Notes under the pieces: generated by a model
Databases searched by the model: none
The model's input: only the letters and a program-made list of their open reading frames with translations
Told to the model about the DNA's origin: nothing
Shown: positions 20,480 to 35,100 of the stretch, in pieces
Layout: each line of letters starts with the position of its first letter
How positions within the stretch are numbered: the first letter of the stretch is position 1
DNA from: Eledone cirrhosa
Lineage: Eukaryota
Direction: 5' to 3'
Length of the DNA stretch: 64,000 nucleotides
Assembly (NCBI GenBank): GCA_964016885.1
Contig: OZ024743.1
Location: 197,656,001-197,720,000 of the forward strand
Made by a program: the position numbers and the translations under genes

Positions 20480-23400
20480 AATCTAGCTGTTAAAATCTAG
20501 CTGTCGTCTGTTCTACAGTGTGGATGTCATTCACTTCGCACAGAAGTTTTGTTCAAATTTATTGAGGAAATTTTGTGAGTTCAAACTTAATTTTGATACA
20601 ATTGTGTAGCTTGACCCTCCGTCTGAACTGTCAGGCGGTGGGTCAGCTCATCTTTACCCCTTCTAGAGGTGAAAAACCTGTTTTAAAAAATTTTGTGTAA
20701 ACAATTTCAATCGTCTAACAGAAATGTTAAACGCAGCGAACGAAAATAGTGGTGGGGGGACAGCGGTAAGAGTTGTAAGCTCGCACGCTTTAGTCCCCCC
20801 TTCCTTCCCAACTAACGTCATAGAGAAGGAAGGAAAAATTAAAATAAAAACAGACGAATCTGCGGAGAAAAAAAAAATGACGAAAACACAAATCTGGACT
20901 TGGATTCCAACAACGAAAAAATGACGAAAACACAAATCTGGACTTGGATTCCAACAACGAAAAAAAAAAATTTGAAAAATTGCATGACAATACTAATAAC
21001 ACAAACAAAGACACAACAAACACAAAAATAACATTTGAAAATAACACCATATCAGAAAACAAAGCAGACGACAAGATTTCATTTGCACAGAAAACAAAGA
21101 AATCTTTGACTTATATAGCGGAAAACATTTCAGATGTGGTACGAAGGATCACGGACGCCAAACAATACATAAGTGAAGGAGAGAATGGTATTTTATCGGT
21201 AAAAATGCCTCAAGAATTCACGAAAGACATTAAAAGCCGAACGGTCAAGTTTCGGACCATCAACAACAGTACAAAAAAACCTGAACAGCCTTCTCAAGCA
21301 GATATCAAAACAGTACTCACAGAAGTACTGAATGAAACAACTTTCATAAGAAAAGACAGACTGTATGGAAGCCTAGCAATTATCATGAAGAACGAATCGG
21401 CGGCAAAAAAATGTGCTTTGTCACCGATTCGTTCGAAAAATTTCACCTTTTATCCATCTTATATGGGGAAAAGAACTCAACGCATATGGCTGGATGCAAT
21501 GATGCCAGATGTGGACTACTGCTGGCTCATAGCTGGCTTCATCGATCCAGTGAATGACAACGTGATTTCCATTGGGAAAACCACAGGCAATGCGTTCAGT
21601 GGAACAGGTATAGAGCTGGTAGTACAAATGAAGCCTGAACGCATCGCCCAAATACCCGACAGAATCCTATTAGAGGACCACGGGTATATAAACATTAGCG
21701 TGGAGGGAAGAAGGCCGTCCTGCCATATCTGTGCAGGCAGAGGGCACCCGAAGGCCGCTTGTCCCCAACTCAACAAAAAGAAAACTCTGCTACCAACACC
21801 AGCTCCACCACCACCACCACAACAGATAAACAAACAACAAAACTCAGTCCCACCCAACCCGTCCCTCAGTAAAACCACAACACTACCACAACACAAACAG
21901 TCACAACACATTCCCCCACCCAAATCTCAACACAATCCCCACCCAAATCTCAACACAATCCAACAAAACAGAAAACACCCCTCCAGCAACAAACAAAACC
22001 AAACCTGCCCCTCCCCTCTTCGAAACACTCACACCATCCGAAAAAAAGACATTACACTATACTTACATCAACAGAAACAATAATAAATTAAATGAACTCA
22101 TATACAATAATCCTTCGGTACAAACCGAAGGTGTAAACTTTGTTTTTTCAGAAAACTACCCACATTTAAAATTAATAAAGATCCCAATGAATCTCTACCA
22201 AAAACTAAAAAAGGATTTTAAGGAGGACGTAGGACCACCTTCTGTCAAACCCATAAACCGCGTCCTACTAAAAAGCTTTCCCCCTCCCCTTCCCCTCCCC
22301 AACACAACTCCAAACACCCCAACCCCACCACACACTGACGACCCCACACCACCACAAGACACCCCTTCACCCAACACCCCCGACCCCATGGAAGTCGTGC
22401 AACCCGAACCCCGGGAAGCGGAAAGGTAGGTCTCTACACTCTCCTTTGGCTCTGCCGCCCACATGGATGTGTTAAGAGTAGGATGTTTGAATGCACGTGG
22501 CCTGGGCTCAACTTGGAAGCAAGCAAAGCTTCTAAATGACCTCAGGTCATGTAGTATAAATGTAATGGTTATCTGTGAGACTCGAATCAGCGTCATGCGG
22601 CAGCTGGCCCCCACCTTCGATGACTTTGAGGTGCATGCATCTCTCTGTCAACCTGGAGGTGGGGGTGGGGTTGTCGTGCTGCTGCAAAAACACCTGGGTC
22701 TTGCCGTACAGGTTGTGCACTCGGACCCGGAGGGTCGTTTGTTGGTGCTAGACGTTGGCAGTAGTGAAAGTGCGGCCTTGAGACTGGTCGCCGTCTACTC
22801 CCCTTTCGGAGCTGAACGGCCCGACTTCTTCCAGCGTTTGGAGACTTTTCTGGGAACGTCGCGTTCCCTGCTTCTAGCGGGGGATTGGAATGACATCCTG
22901 GATGCACGTTGGGACTATGCAGGAGCATGTCCTAATAGAGGGGGGTGTAACAGCCTCAAGGGGTTACTCGACCGTTTTAACTTGGTCGATAGATATCGAC
23001 TAGATTTTCCAACTGTGCCTACCTGGACTTGGAGAAACCACAGTGGTCAATCTAGATCGTACTTAGATAGATTCTTAGTTAGAAGTAAGGATAGGGACAT
23101 ATTAAGCTGTCCAGAAATGCGCACGGTTGGCTACACGGATCACAAATTAGTGACCTGCGTGGTCAATCTCGAGAAAACACATAGACAGGGTCCCGGTTAC
23201 TGGAAACTTAATTTGTCTTTACCGGCAAAAGAGACTTACAGAAACCGGATTAGCAGATTAGTTAAGGAGAGGTTGACGGGTGCAATCGTCAACAACCGAT
23301 GGTGGGCATCTCTCAAAAGAGAAATTAGAACAGAATCAATAAGTTATAGCAAGATGTTAGCTGCCGATAGGAATAGAAACGAGAAAGAATTAACAGGTAA

Positions 23401-26118
23401 ATTAGAAGAGGCAATCAAGAGCGAAGATGTGGCCAGAGTGCTGGCATCGAGGACGGCCTTGAACCAGTTTTTCGATGCAAAGCACGAAGGCTGCGTCATT
23501 CGAAGTAAAATACATGCTCTAGGTAATGAGGGGGCCAAAGCCGTTGGATGGGCCCGCGTGACAGAAGCTAAGAGTGGAAATCGATCCACCATCCGGTCGT
23601 TGCAAGACGAAGATGGACGGGTGATCCGGGAGCCTAAGCAGATGTGCGAGGCCTTTCAAAGGCACTTTGCCCGATTGTTCGGGGGAGGCGAGGGTCCGGG
23701 CGGGGGCGTGGATTTCGGTCCATACCTCGACGACCTGCCGCGTCTCTCGAACGAAGAGGCAGAGTCCTGCGAGGGACCAATCTCGGCTGATGAGATCGGA
23801 GATGCGCTGAGCCAATGCAGCAGACGCAAATCTCCAGGTCTCGATGGTATACCTTACGAACTTTATTTAGCAATGCCGGTCTTCTTCTCCGAACCCCTCG
23901 AAGCGGTCTACTGCAATTGGCAGCAGAACGGGAGAATTCCTTGTTCTGTAGCCAAGGGCGTAGTCACGCTGGTGAGGAAGGACGAGAACAAGGGGGATAG
24001 TATAAATAATTTTCGGCCCATACCCTGCTAAACACAGAGTTAAAGATTTTGGCCAAGGTGTTAGCAAAGAGGTTGGCGCTTGTCGTGGGTGGCCTGGTGG
24101 GAGATGTGCAGACATGTGCTATCCCATCCAGGTCCATTCACGATAACCTCCACCTCATGCGATACATCATAGAGAGGGTTGGCAACAAACCAGGCTTCGG
24201 TGGGGCCCTGATCAACTTGGATCAGTCTAAGGCCTTCGATAGGGTCGACCATGGTTACCTGGATGCGGTGCTAGCGGCGGCTGGGTTCGGTCCTGTTTTC
24301 AGAGGCTGGATCACTGCCCTACATAGCAACCACATCTGTTCTAGGATCAAGGTGAACGGCTACCTTTCGAAGCCGTTCGAAATCACACGATCCATTCGAC
24401 AGGGGTGCCCTCTCTCCTCCCTTCTGTACGTATTGACTCTCGAGCCTTTACTGAGGAAGTTGGAGTTGTTGCAGGGTATCCCCCTGGAACCAGGATTGAG
24501 CAAAGCGGTGTCGGCCTACGCCGATGACGTAACAGTAATGGTATCAACCGACTCGGAGATCGAGGCGATCGGTACCTTACTGGAGGAGTACGAAAGGTTG
24601 TCAGGAGCGAAACTGAACCGGGAAAATTCCATCGGGCTGCAACTCGGAACGTGGAGAGGCAGACCGATGCCTCCTGACGGTGTCGTCGGACACTGGACGG
24701 AGGGCCCGGTAAAGTTGCTTGGGGTCTGGTTTGGACCGGACCTCCAGGTGGAAAAGAACTGGAACGAGGTTACGAACAAGGTGTTTGCACTAACCCAGAA
24801 ATGGGCCAAGTGTAAGCTGTCCCTAAAAGGCCGGGCGGAGGTGGCGAACATTTACATAGCGTCCGTCACTTACTACCGCCTGACTGTCGTGCCTTGCCCT
24901 AAGGAAACACTCACCACCATGGAACGCATGCTCTTCCAATTTCTTTGGAAGAAGCGTCCTCCTATGGTGAGAAGATCCATCTGCTGCCAACAACCTTCGA
25001 AAGGAGGGCTGGGGATGCCGTGGTTGATGATGCGTAGGCACGCATTAAGGCTACGGCACCTACAGGTATTCCTCACTGGTCAACCGGTGTGGGCTCCGTT
25101 CGTGAAACGAGCCTTTCCGAGACTCGTCTCGCTCACCGAGCTACAGTCCTGGGTCAAGCAAAGATCCGGAAAACTGGGAGACTGGCACACTGAGTGTGCT
25201 CAGGCGCTCAGGGCTCTCTGGCAAGCGGGCCAGGCCATCGGTGGAGAATCCACCTCATCATTCTATAGAGGGCTGGTGGCTAGCAGGGGCGATGACACCC
25301 TTGGAGAGTCGCTGGACATGGAAGAAGACGAACTGGCCAGCCTGTTCGGTAGGACTTTCGGCCTAGGACCAATGGACAACTTCCAGAAGTCACTGGCCTG
25401 GCAGTGCTACCGGGGGGCTCTACCCGTTAAAGAGAGGCTCTACAGACACGGGCGCCCGGGCAGGGATCCCTCAAAAAAGATTTGCCCTAGATGCGTGCGT
25501 CACGAAGAAACCGTTGCGCACGCATTGGTGCAATGTCCGGGCGTGGCTGATCTGTGGGGCTACGCCGAACGACTGCTGTCGCGGGTGGCGCTGATTAAAT
25601 TGACCGCCGAGTCCGTGATGACAATCAAACCGCCCCCCCCCCCCTCTTCACAAAGGAAGCAAAGGCGGTTTTTCTGTGCGTAATAGCCATGTTGAAAGAG
25701 GTTGTTTGGTGGACACGATTGAAAGGTCTGAGGTCAGGCAACTTCCTCTCTGGCCATAGTCTGGTCTACTTCTTCCGATATCACTTCGGAAGAAGGATAA
25801 GAATGGAGAGAGAGGTGCTTGGCCACAGGCAGTTTTATGAAAGGTGGGTGATAGTGGCGAGAATGGCTCGTGTAAATGGGCCTTCTCTGTATACCATCCT
25901 GTAGGTAAAGAAGTGAAGGAGAGGGGAGCACCTTCTCCATGTGCTCCCCGGGCAAAGGATTGCACACTTTTTCGGGGGTGTGTGCAACCCCCATCACGTC
26001 CCCTCCCTTTTGAGGCTATTTTCGATTATTTTCATGTTACACCCTTTTTACTTGATTATATGTAAACTCCCCCTTTGTATTTGTCCCTTCTTTTTATGCC
26101 TTTATGGTAAATAAAGAA

Positions 26119-26119
<1 letters not shown>
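20480..26119 (+). mobile_element. Tx1-like LINE copy 2, with 5' UTR; ORF1 and ORF2 frameshifted
   Basis: Nearly identical to copy 1. ORF1 has an internal deletion near 21915 and ORF2 a 1-bp deletion near 24022. Flanked by (TATC)n. Confidence 0.93.
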
Positions 26120-26172
<53 letters not shown>

Positions 26173-26179
26173 ATATCTG

Positions 26180-26234
<55 letters not shown>

Positions 26235-29200
26235 CGGATTCTGTCTAACACGTGGAAAACGTGGTTGTGAGTAAATGTTTTAATTTCATTGGAAATTGCA
26301 TGAACTGAATCTACATTCTTACATCATTTTGTAGATAAGCTGCCACCTACACTTTGGCCATTTTGGCTATAGTCAAAATTCCGGTAGAAATTTTGTGGGA
26401 TTTCTCCCTTTTTCGCCCTGATGTGCTTATTATTTGGGGTTGCTACCACCTACACTTTGTAGGTGGTAGCAACCCCAAATAATAAGCACATCAGGGCGAA
26501 AAAGGGAGAAATCCCACAAAATTTCTACCGGAATTTTGACTATAGCCAAAATGGCCAAATTCTTTGACCACATCTTCTCAAAAAACACATCAGAGAATTG
26601 TGGGGTTGGGCTGTTAATCTCACCTTCCACAGTACTAACAACAACAGCAACAAAAACAACAACAACATCAAAACTGTCAGCCAACAATTAGACAGAGGTG
26701 GTGGAGGGACGGTAAAAGTGTCAAGCCAAGAAGCAGCTCGCACCGCCTCATTGAAACACTTCGATATGTTTAAAACACACCCTGACAACAACACCAGCAC
26801 CACCAACACGAAAACTGTGAATGGCACAAACCAAAACAACGCCATCAACAACAACAGTGACAACGAGAACAAGAATAACAACGACAACAAAACCACAACC
26901 AACAACAACAACACCAACAACGAAAAAAACGAAAACAACATCAACAATAAGAACAATAATAACAACAACAAGACCAATAACTGCAACAAGGAAGTAAACA
27001 ACAAAATATTTGCGCAAACCGTAAAGAAAACGGTAAGCTACACTCCGGTAGATATTTCAAATGCAAATGAGCTTTTGAATAACGCCAGACAATATGTAAC
27101 TTTTGGGGAGAACGGATCATTGTCCATAAACTCTCCCCCAGATTTGCGAAGAGAAGCTGCCTTGAAAACTGTGATTTTCAGGACAATCTCAAACAAAACA
27201 CGAAAACCGACTCAACTTTCACAAGGCGAAATTGAGTTGGCTTTAAAAAATGCCTTAAAAGACATTGCTTTTATTCAGAAGGGTAGACTCTACGGGAGTT
27301 TATCCATTCTAATGAAAGACCAGAAATATTCTGTCGCCAATTGTGTCAACGCTGTTCACCCTTTTCACCACTTACATGGGGAAAAGAATACAGAAGTAAA
27401 AATCCAAAGTATCACACCAAATATTGATATTTGGTGGGTACTATGTGGATTTTTAAACCATGAAACAGACTATATAATATCGGTAGGTAAGTCCTCCGGC
27501 GACCTGTTCAGCGGAATTAGCCTGGAACTTCTGGTCCAAATGACACCAGAACGAATAGCTAGGATCCCGGAACGTGTGTTGCTGGATGGACTTATATATA
27601 TAAACATTTCGGTCGAAGGTAGGCGTCCCTCATGTTACCACTGCTCAAGCAGGGGTCACCTGAGAGCTTCCTGTCCTCGACTAACTAGCCCCCCAAAAAA
27701 GCACTACTGCCAACACCTACAACACCAGCACAACAATCACCACCACCACAACAACAACATAAAAAATAAATAGTGACAACAAAACAAACGACAAACACAG
27801 TCCCACCCAACCCTCCCCACCTAAACAAATTCCAAAAACACCCACACACATAACAACACCCCAAAATGTACCCCTCTCCAACAATACGGATGAGGCCTCA
27901 TCATCGCCACCCAGTGACGATGAGGGAGAGCCTTTCCGACCAGTAAAAAGAAAAAAAAAAAGACATAACACAAACAAAAATGCAACAAACACACAAACAC
28001 CAACACAAGCGACGCAAACACCACAAACAAAAACACCCCCTCCTGAAAACAAAACACCTGCTACAAAACGTAAACACACACAAGAACCACAGACAAAAAG
28101 CAACCCAACACAACAAAAATGTTACACCTACATAAATACTAACAATAAAGCTTTAACAGACACCATATATAAAAACCCTTTACACACTCTTCGGAGAATC
28201 CTAATCTTAAAATGATTAGGACCTCCATGGACACACATAAACAGTTAAAAGAAAAATTTCCTAATGAAGTAGGTAACCTCTGCGTCAAACACTACAATCG
28301 AGTCCTGTTAAAATGTTTATCCAGCCCCATCCCCATCACACCAGACACCCCCTCCCCACCAAACATCTCTGTCCCCACCCCTCCAGAGACCACTACCCTA
28401 ACAAACAACCCCTCCAACACCCCCATGGAAATTGTGCAGCCTGGTCCCCAGGAGATGAAGAGGTGAGTGTTTTCTTTTCCTCTTCTTTTAACTTCTCAGC
28501 ACCCACATGGCCAATATAAGGGTTGGATGTGTGAATGTACGCGGCCAGGGGATGCCCTGGAAACAGGGCAAACTCTTAAACGACCTCAGGTCGGACAGTA
28601 TGGATGTAGTAGCCATTTGCAAGTCCAGGATCCACAGCGAGCAACAACTGGCCCCCATCTTCGACGACTTTGAGATCTACGCATCTCTCTGTCAGCCGGG
28701 AGGTGGGGGTGTGGTTGCCGTTTTGCTGCGGAAACAGCTGGACCTCGTAACACAGACGGTACATCTGGACCCGGAGGGTCGACTGGTGGTCCTAGACGTT
28801 GACGGTAGTGAAGGTAGAGCCTTCAGGCTGGTGGCCGCATATGCCCCATTCGGGACACCGCGGCCAGACTTCTTCAAACGTCTAGAGACTTTTCTGGGAA
28901 CGCCCCGCTCCCTGCTGTTAGTGGGGGACTGGAATGGAATCGTAGATGCACGTTGGGATTATGTGGGAGCATGTCCCGATAGAGGGGGTGTAACAGCCTC
29001 AAACAGTTAATCGGCCGATTTGACCTGGCCGATAGATATCGACTAAATTATCATACTGTGCCATTGTGAACGTGGACTAATCGCAGTGGAACATCTAGAT
29101 CGTACCTAGATAGGGTTCTAGTTAGAAAGATGGATAGGGACATGTTGAGCTGTCCACAAATGTTCATGGTTGCATATTCAGATCACAACTTAGTGACCTG

Positions 29201-32010
29201 CTTAGTCAACCTTGACAAAACCAATAGACAGGGAACCAGCTACTGGAAGCTGAACTTATCGTTACCGACATGCAAAGCCTACAGTAGACGGATTAGAACT
29301 TTAGTTGAGCAGCACTTGACGGGGGACATTGTCAACAACAGATGGTGCTACTCTCTCAAGAGGGCAGTTAGATTAGACTATATAGGTTTTAGTAAAGAAT
29401 TAGTGTTAGATAGAAATAAGACCGAAAAATATCTGATAGATAAAGTAGAAGAGGCAGTTAGGAGTGCAACGTAGCCAGCGTGCTAGCGACGAGAACGGCC
29501 TTGGACCAGTTCTTCGACGCAAAGCACGAAGGCTGCGTTGTCAGAAGCAAAATACGTGCTCTGGGAAACGAGGGAGCCAAAGCTGTTAGCTGGGCCCGAG
29601 TGATGGAGGCGAAAAGTGGCAACAAGTCTACGATTCGGTCTTTGAAGGACCAAGACGGATGCGTGATACGTGAGCCGAAGCAGATGTGTGCGGCCTTTCA
29701 ACGACCCTTTGCTCAACTGTTCGGGCAGGGCGGCGCCCGGGAGGGGCTATGGATTTCGGTTCATACCTCGACGGCCTACCGCGACTCTCGGACAGCGAGG
29801 CGAAGTTCTGCGGAAGGCCGATTTCGGCCGCGGAGATCGGGGACGCGCTGAGCCAATGCGGCAAACGCAAATCTCCAGGTCTCGACGGTCTACCCTACGA
29901 ATTTTACGTAGCAATGCCGGACATATTCTCCGGTCTCCTGGAAGCGGTCTAGGGCGTAATCACGTTAGTCAGGAAGGATGAGAACAAGGGGGATGACATA
30001 GGCAACTTCCGGCCCATAACCCTGCTCAACATAGAATTACAGATTTTGGCCAAGGTGTTGCAAAGAGGTTGGCGTTTGTCGTCGAAAACCTGGTGGGAGA
30101 AGCGCAGACATGCGCAATCCAGACCAGGTCCATATACGCCAACCTCCACCTCATGCGATACATCATAGAGAGGGTAGAGTGTAAACCCGGCTTCGGTGGG
30201 GCCCTGATTGATTTGGATCAGTCTAAGGCTTTCGATAGGGTTGACCATCGTTATCTGGATGCGGTGCTCGAGGCGGCAGGCTTCAGACCCGTGTTCAGGG
30301 GCTGGATTGCTGCATTGTACAGCAGCAACATCTGCTCAAGGGTCAAGGTGAACGGCTACCTCTCGGAGCCGTTCCATATCACGCGATCTATCCGACAGGG
30401 ATGCCCTCTCTGTACGTACTGACTCTCGAGTCACTACTGCGGAAGTTGGAGCTATTGCAGAGCATCCCTTTGGAACTGGGACTGCGAAAAGCAGCGTCGG
30501 CCTACGCCGACGACGTGACAGTAATGGAGTCGAGCACCTCGCAAATCAGGGAGATCGGCACCTTACTGGAGGAATACGAAAGGTTCAAAGGAGCGAAGCT
30601 GAACCGGGACAAATCCGTCATTTTGAAACTCGGAACGTGGAGAGGCAGACCGATGCCTTCCGATGACGTCGTCGGACGCTGGACGGAAGGACCGGTAAAG
30701 CTGCTCGGAGTCTGGTTTGGTCCGGACTTCCAGGTGAAGAAGAACTGGAACGAGGTGACGGCCAAGGTGTTTGCGCTCACCCAGAAGTGGGCTGAGGAGT
30801 GCAAACTATCCTTGAAAGGTCGAACGGAGGTGGCGAACACTTTTATAGCGTCCGTCATCTACTACCGCTTGACCGTCGTGCCTTGTCCAGCCAAAATGCT
30901 CACCAAAATGGAGCGCGCGCTCTTCCAATTCCTTTGGAAGAAACGGACTCCTTTGGTGTCATCTACTGCCAACACCCTTCAAACGGAGGGTTGGGGATGC
31001 CGTGGCTGACGATGCGCAAACACGCGCTTAGGCTGCGGCACCTCCACGTATTCCTCACCAGACAACCGGTGTGCGCCCGTTCGTGAGGCGAGCCTTCCCA
31101 CGACTCGTCTCGCTGACCGAGCTGCAGTCCTGGGTCAAGCAAAAACCGAGGAAAATGAGCGACTGGCACATCGAATGTGCTCAGGCGCTCACAGTCCTCT
31201 GGCAAACGGACCCGGCGATCAGTGGAGACTCAAATTCGACAGTCTATAGAGGGTTGGTCCGCAGCAAGTGCGACAACACGCTCGGAAAAACTCTAGGCGT
31301 AGAGGAGGACGAACTGGCCAGTCTGTTCGGTAGGACCTTCCACCCGGGACCAATGGACAACTTCCAAAAGTCCCTGGCCTGGCAGTGCTACCGAGGAGCT
31401 CTACCAGTTCGAGACAAGCTCTACAGACACGAGATGCGTGCGTAACGAAGAAACCGTCGCACACGCATTTGTACACTGCCCGGTCGTTACCAACCTGTGG
31501 GGCTATGTAGAACGACTATTGTCGCGGGTGGGACCAATCCAGTTGACCACCGAGTCCATTGTCCTGATCAAACCGCCACCCTCCTTCAAAAACGAGGGTG
31601 AGGCGGTTTTCCTATGTGTTATGGCTATGGTGAAAGAGGTTATATGGTGGACGAGGTTAAATGGGCTGAGGTCAGACACCTTTCTCTCCGGCGAGCAACT
31701 GATTCGTTTTTTCAAATATCATTTTGGAAGAAGAATCAGGATGGAGAGAGAGGTGATGTACCCCAGCAAATTTTATAAAAGGTGGGTGAATGTGGCAAAG
31801 ATGGCCCGAGTGGTTGGGCCTTCTCTCTATATAAGCCTGTAGGTTGAGGAAAAAGAGGAAGAGAGGAAAGGAGTACTCACTCTTGGTGCTCCTGGAGATG
31901 AGGTTTGTTATTTGTTATTGTATTAATAGTTTTATTTTCATATACCTGTATGTAAACTCCCCATTTGTATTTGTCCCCTTCTTTGTGCCCTTGTGGCTAA
32001 TAAATAAATT
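26235..32010 (+). mobile_element. Tx1-like LINE copy 3, diverged subfamily, decayed
   Basis: ORF1 CYHCSSRGHLRASC. ORF2 is fragmented over 28507-31842 with the same motifs. Ends aataaataaat(ttatc/tatc)n. Confidence 0.92.
26353..26559. repeat. Perfect 102-bp-arm palindrome with 3-nt loop
   Basis: 26353-26454 is the exact reverse complement of 26458-26559. Confidence 0.95.
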
Positions 32011-32125
32011 TATCTATCTATCTATCTATTATTAATTTTTTATTTTCATATACCTGTATGTAAACTCCCCATTTGTATTTGTCCCCTTCTGTTGTGCCCT
32101 TGTGGCTAATAAAGAAATTTATCTG

Positions 32126-32158
<33 letters not shown>

Positions 32159-32964
32159 ATTTATTCCTTTCTATCTACCTATCTTTATACCAATGAGCGA
32201 ATGAGCGAATTAATGAGTGTGTCTGCGCGTGTGTGTATGTGCGTGTCTGCATAAGCGGTTATGTCTGTATGCAAATGCATCTATCCACCATTGGTATACG
32301 TATGTAACAATAAACGATATTTTATGTCAAGCGTTAAAGCAAAGAAACCACGTGACAAAATTAAGACAAGGGAGCAAATGAGTCTCAAATATCAAATAGG
32401 CTTTGAAATTTACAAAGAAACAAAGATAAATGATAAAAAATAGATATAGGAAAGGGACTAGAAAGAAGAGAGGGAGTATCAAACTGTAGGATGTGAAAAA
32501 TTGGAAGATATGAGGTTAAAACGTGAGAGAGGGAGAGCGGGAAAAAAGAATAAAAAGATATAACTGGAAAGACGAGGGAGGATAATGAAAAAAGAAATGG
32601 GTGAAAAAAAAAAAAAATGAAGACAACAGAAACATAGAGTGTGCAGTTTAGATTGATTATCTGATACGTAGAACGACATATGTAAGAACACATACACACA
32701 TAGATACATACACACACACACACTCAAACACTCATACATATACACACATGCATACACACACACAAAAGCACACACACACACATATATATGTATGTATAAA
32801 TATATATATGATATATACATTCATATATATATATATAATATATATATATATATGTGTGTGTGTGTGCGTGCGAATTAGATATTAAGTCAGTTAACCAAGA
32901 TAGGTAGATAGAAATAGATATGCATCCGTGTTTGTGTGTGTGTATATATATATATGTATGTATG

Positions 32965-33025
<61 letters not shown>

Positions 33026-33026
33026 G

Positions 33027-33059
<33 letters not shown>

Positions 33060-33072
33060 GTATGTATGTATG

Positions 33073-33163
<91 letters not shown>

Positions 33164-33384
33164 TAGAGCAAACAGATTAGAGCAAACATCACGGGCGCTC
33201 TATCTCAAAATTATTTTTGAAAAGCATTAGAAATGCGCAACCGGTAAAACTTAAAACCAAAACTGAATACTAACCAATACTATTACTAATTTTTACTTAT
33301 TCCTAATTAAACTATTTTTCACTGGGAACAATTTGTCAGCATTTTCTTTTCCTTTTACCAATATATATATATGTATATATATAC

Positions 33385-33454
<70 letters not shown>

Positions 33455-33555
33455 GTGTGTGTGTGTGCATGTGTATGTGTGTGTGTGAATTAGATAGTAA
33501 GTCAGTTAACCAAGATAGGTAGATAGAAATAGATATGCATGTGTGTTTGTATATA

Positions 33556-33598
<43 letters not shown>

Positions 33599-33752
33599 GG
33601 AAAAAATGAAACGAAATTTCCTTTCCCACTCTTAGTACGGCTGTTACTTAAATATAAGTATGTATACGTACATACATATATGTATACATACTTATACGTA
33701 TACATATATATACGCATACATACTTATATATATATATATAAATATATATATA

Positions 33753-33812
33753 TAGGAACAAGTATGACCCCGACGGCAGAGCTCAAGCCGTTTCGACGGC
33801 TAATTCTGGACT
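33753..33812 (-). mobile_element. Mini PLE remnant (half hammerhead) in (TA)n
   Basis: Matches the left arm of 43963-44018. Confidence 0.65.
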
Positions 33813-33814
33813 AT

Positions 33815-33892
<78 letters not shown>

Positions 33893-34539
33893 TATATATA
33901 CATATACATATATATATGTGTGTGTGTGTGTGTGTGTCTGTCTGTCTGTCTGACAGTCTCTATATATATATATATATAACTATTTGTGTTTATATGCATA
34001 AATGTATATTCTTTTCTCATTTTAGCTTATTTCTGTGAATGTACTTTTTCCTTTGCTGAACAACCCATTCCCACAAAAGAAAGCTTCTAATCCTTTTCGG
34101 TTAGATTTTTTCTTTGTTTCATCCCCCCCCCCCCTCTCCTCTCTTGCTCTTTGTCAACTTCTTCCTTCTACTATCTTATATACTTCCTAAATGGTTTGAG
34201 TTCCTCCCTGTCTCTTTAGCTTCCTGTACATGTATATATCTTTTAGATATGTTTTATTAAAGACATGTCTGGGTTTGTGTTTTAAATTTCTTATCAATTT
34301 TTTCTCATTTTTCTATGAGACCTTTCCAGCACGTTTTCCACAACAAAGTTCCTAAATTCATAATCTAACCAATGTTTGCAGACTTTCATATTCTCATTAT
34401 CAGGATGCTAACAACACTCCACCAACTGAGGGTGAGAGGGTGAAAGTTTGGACATATTCTTCAAAATATGGATTTAGGATATTTCTACCGAATTCGATTT
34501 TGTTGTGTCTGAACATAAGTGACATCCATATCTTAAGTT

Positions 34540-34935
34540 GACTATACCAACTGATTTTCATTTCGGCCATGCAGCACTTAGCTTCAGACCTATCGAGTGC
34601 AAGCTGGAGATCACCTTTTGTCAAGGTAAGTAACACCATATCGTCTGCAAATTCCATCCGACTGATTTTACACCCGCCAGTCAAGATACCACTTCCAAGC
34701 CGGTTGCATTTGTCAATCCTGCTCATGTAAATAATTGTTTCTACTTTTGACACAGGGCCAGCAAATATCCAGCGCATTACTGGTACTTTATTTTATCGAC
34801 CTCGAAAGGATGAAAGGCAAAGTTAACCTCGACGCGATTTGAATTCAGAACGTAAAGAGACGTAACTATGCTAGAAAACATGGCGTCCGACCCTCTATCG
34901 ATGAACAGGAGAGGTGACATTAAGCACCCTTTTGA
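34540..34935 (-). pseudogene. Old LINE RT fragment interrupted by a SINE (34730-34900)
   Basis: GCLMSPLLFI on one side of the SINE and ISRMEFADDMVLL on the other. Confidence 0.7.
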
Positions 34936-35051
34936 GAAATAATGTTTCTTAAAAAACAATTGCCAGATTCCTAACCGGTTTCGGTTATCATTGCGCATGT
35001 TATCATTGCGCATGCAATCATTGCGCAAGTCGTGATATGGCTTCATTTTTT

Positions 35052-35100
<49 letters not shown>

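Noticed and set aside
32870-33550. ~70-bp direct repeat at 32871-32940 and 33488-33550
   Set aside because: No TIR, TSD, ribozyme or coding signal; probably a local duplication among microsatellites.
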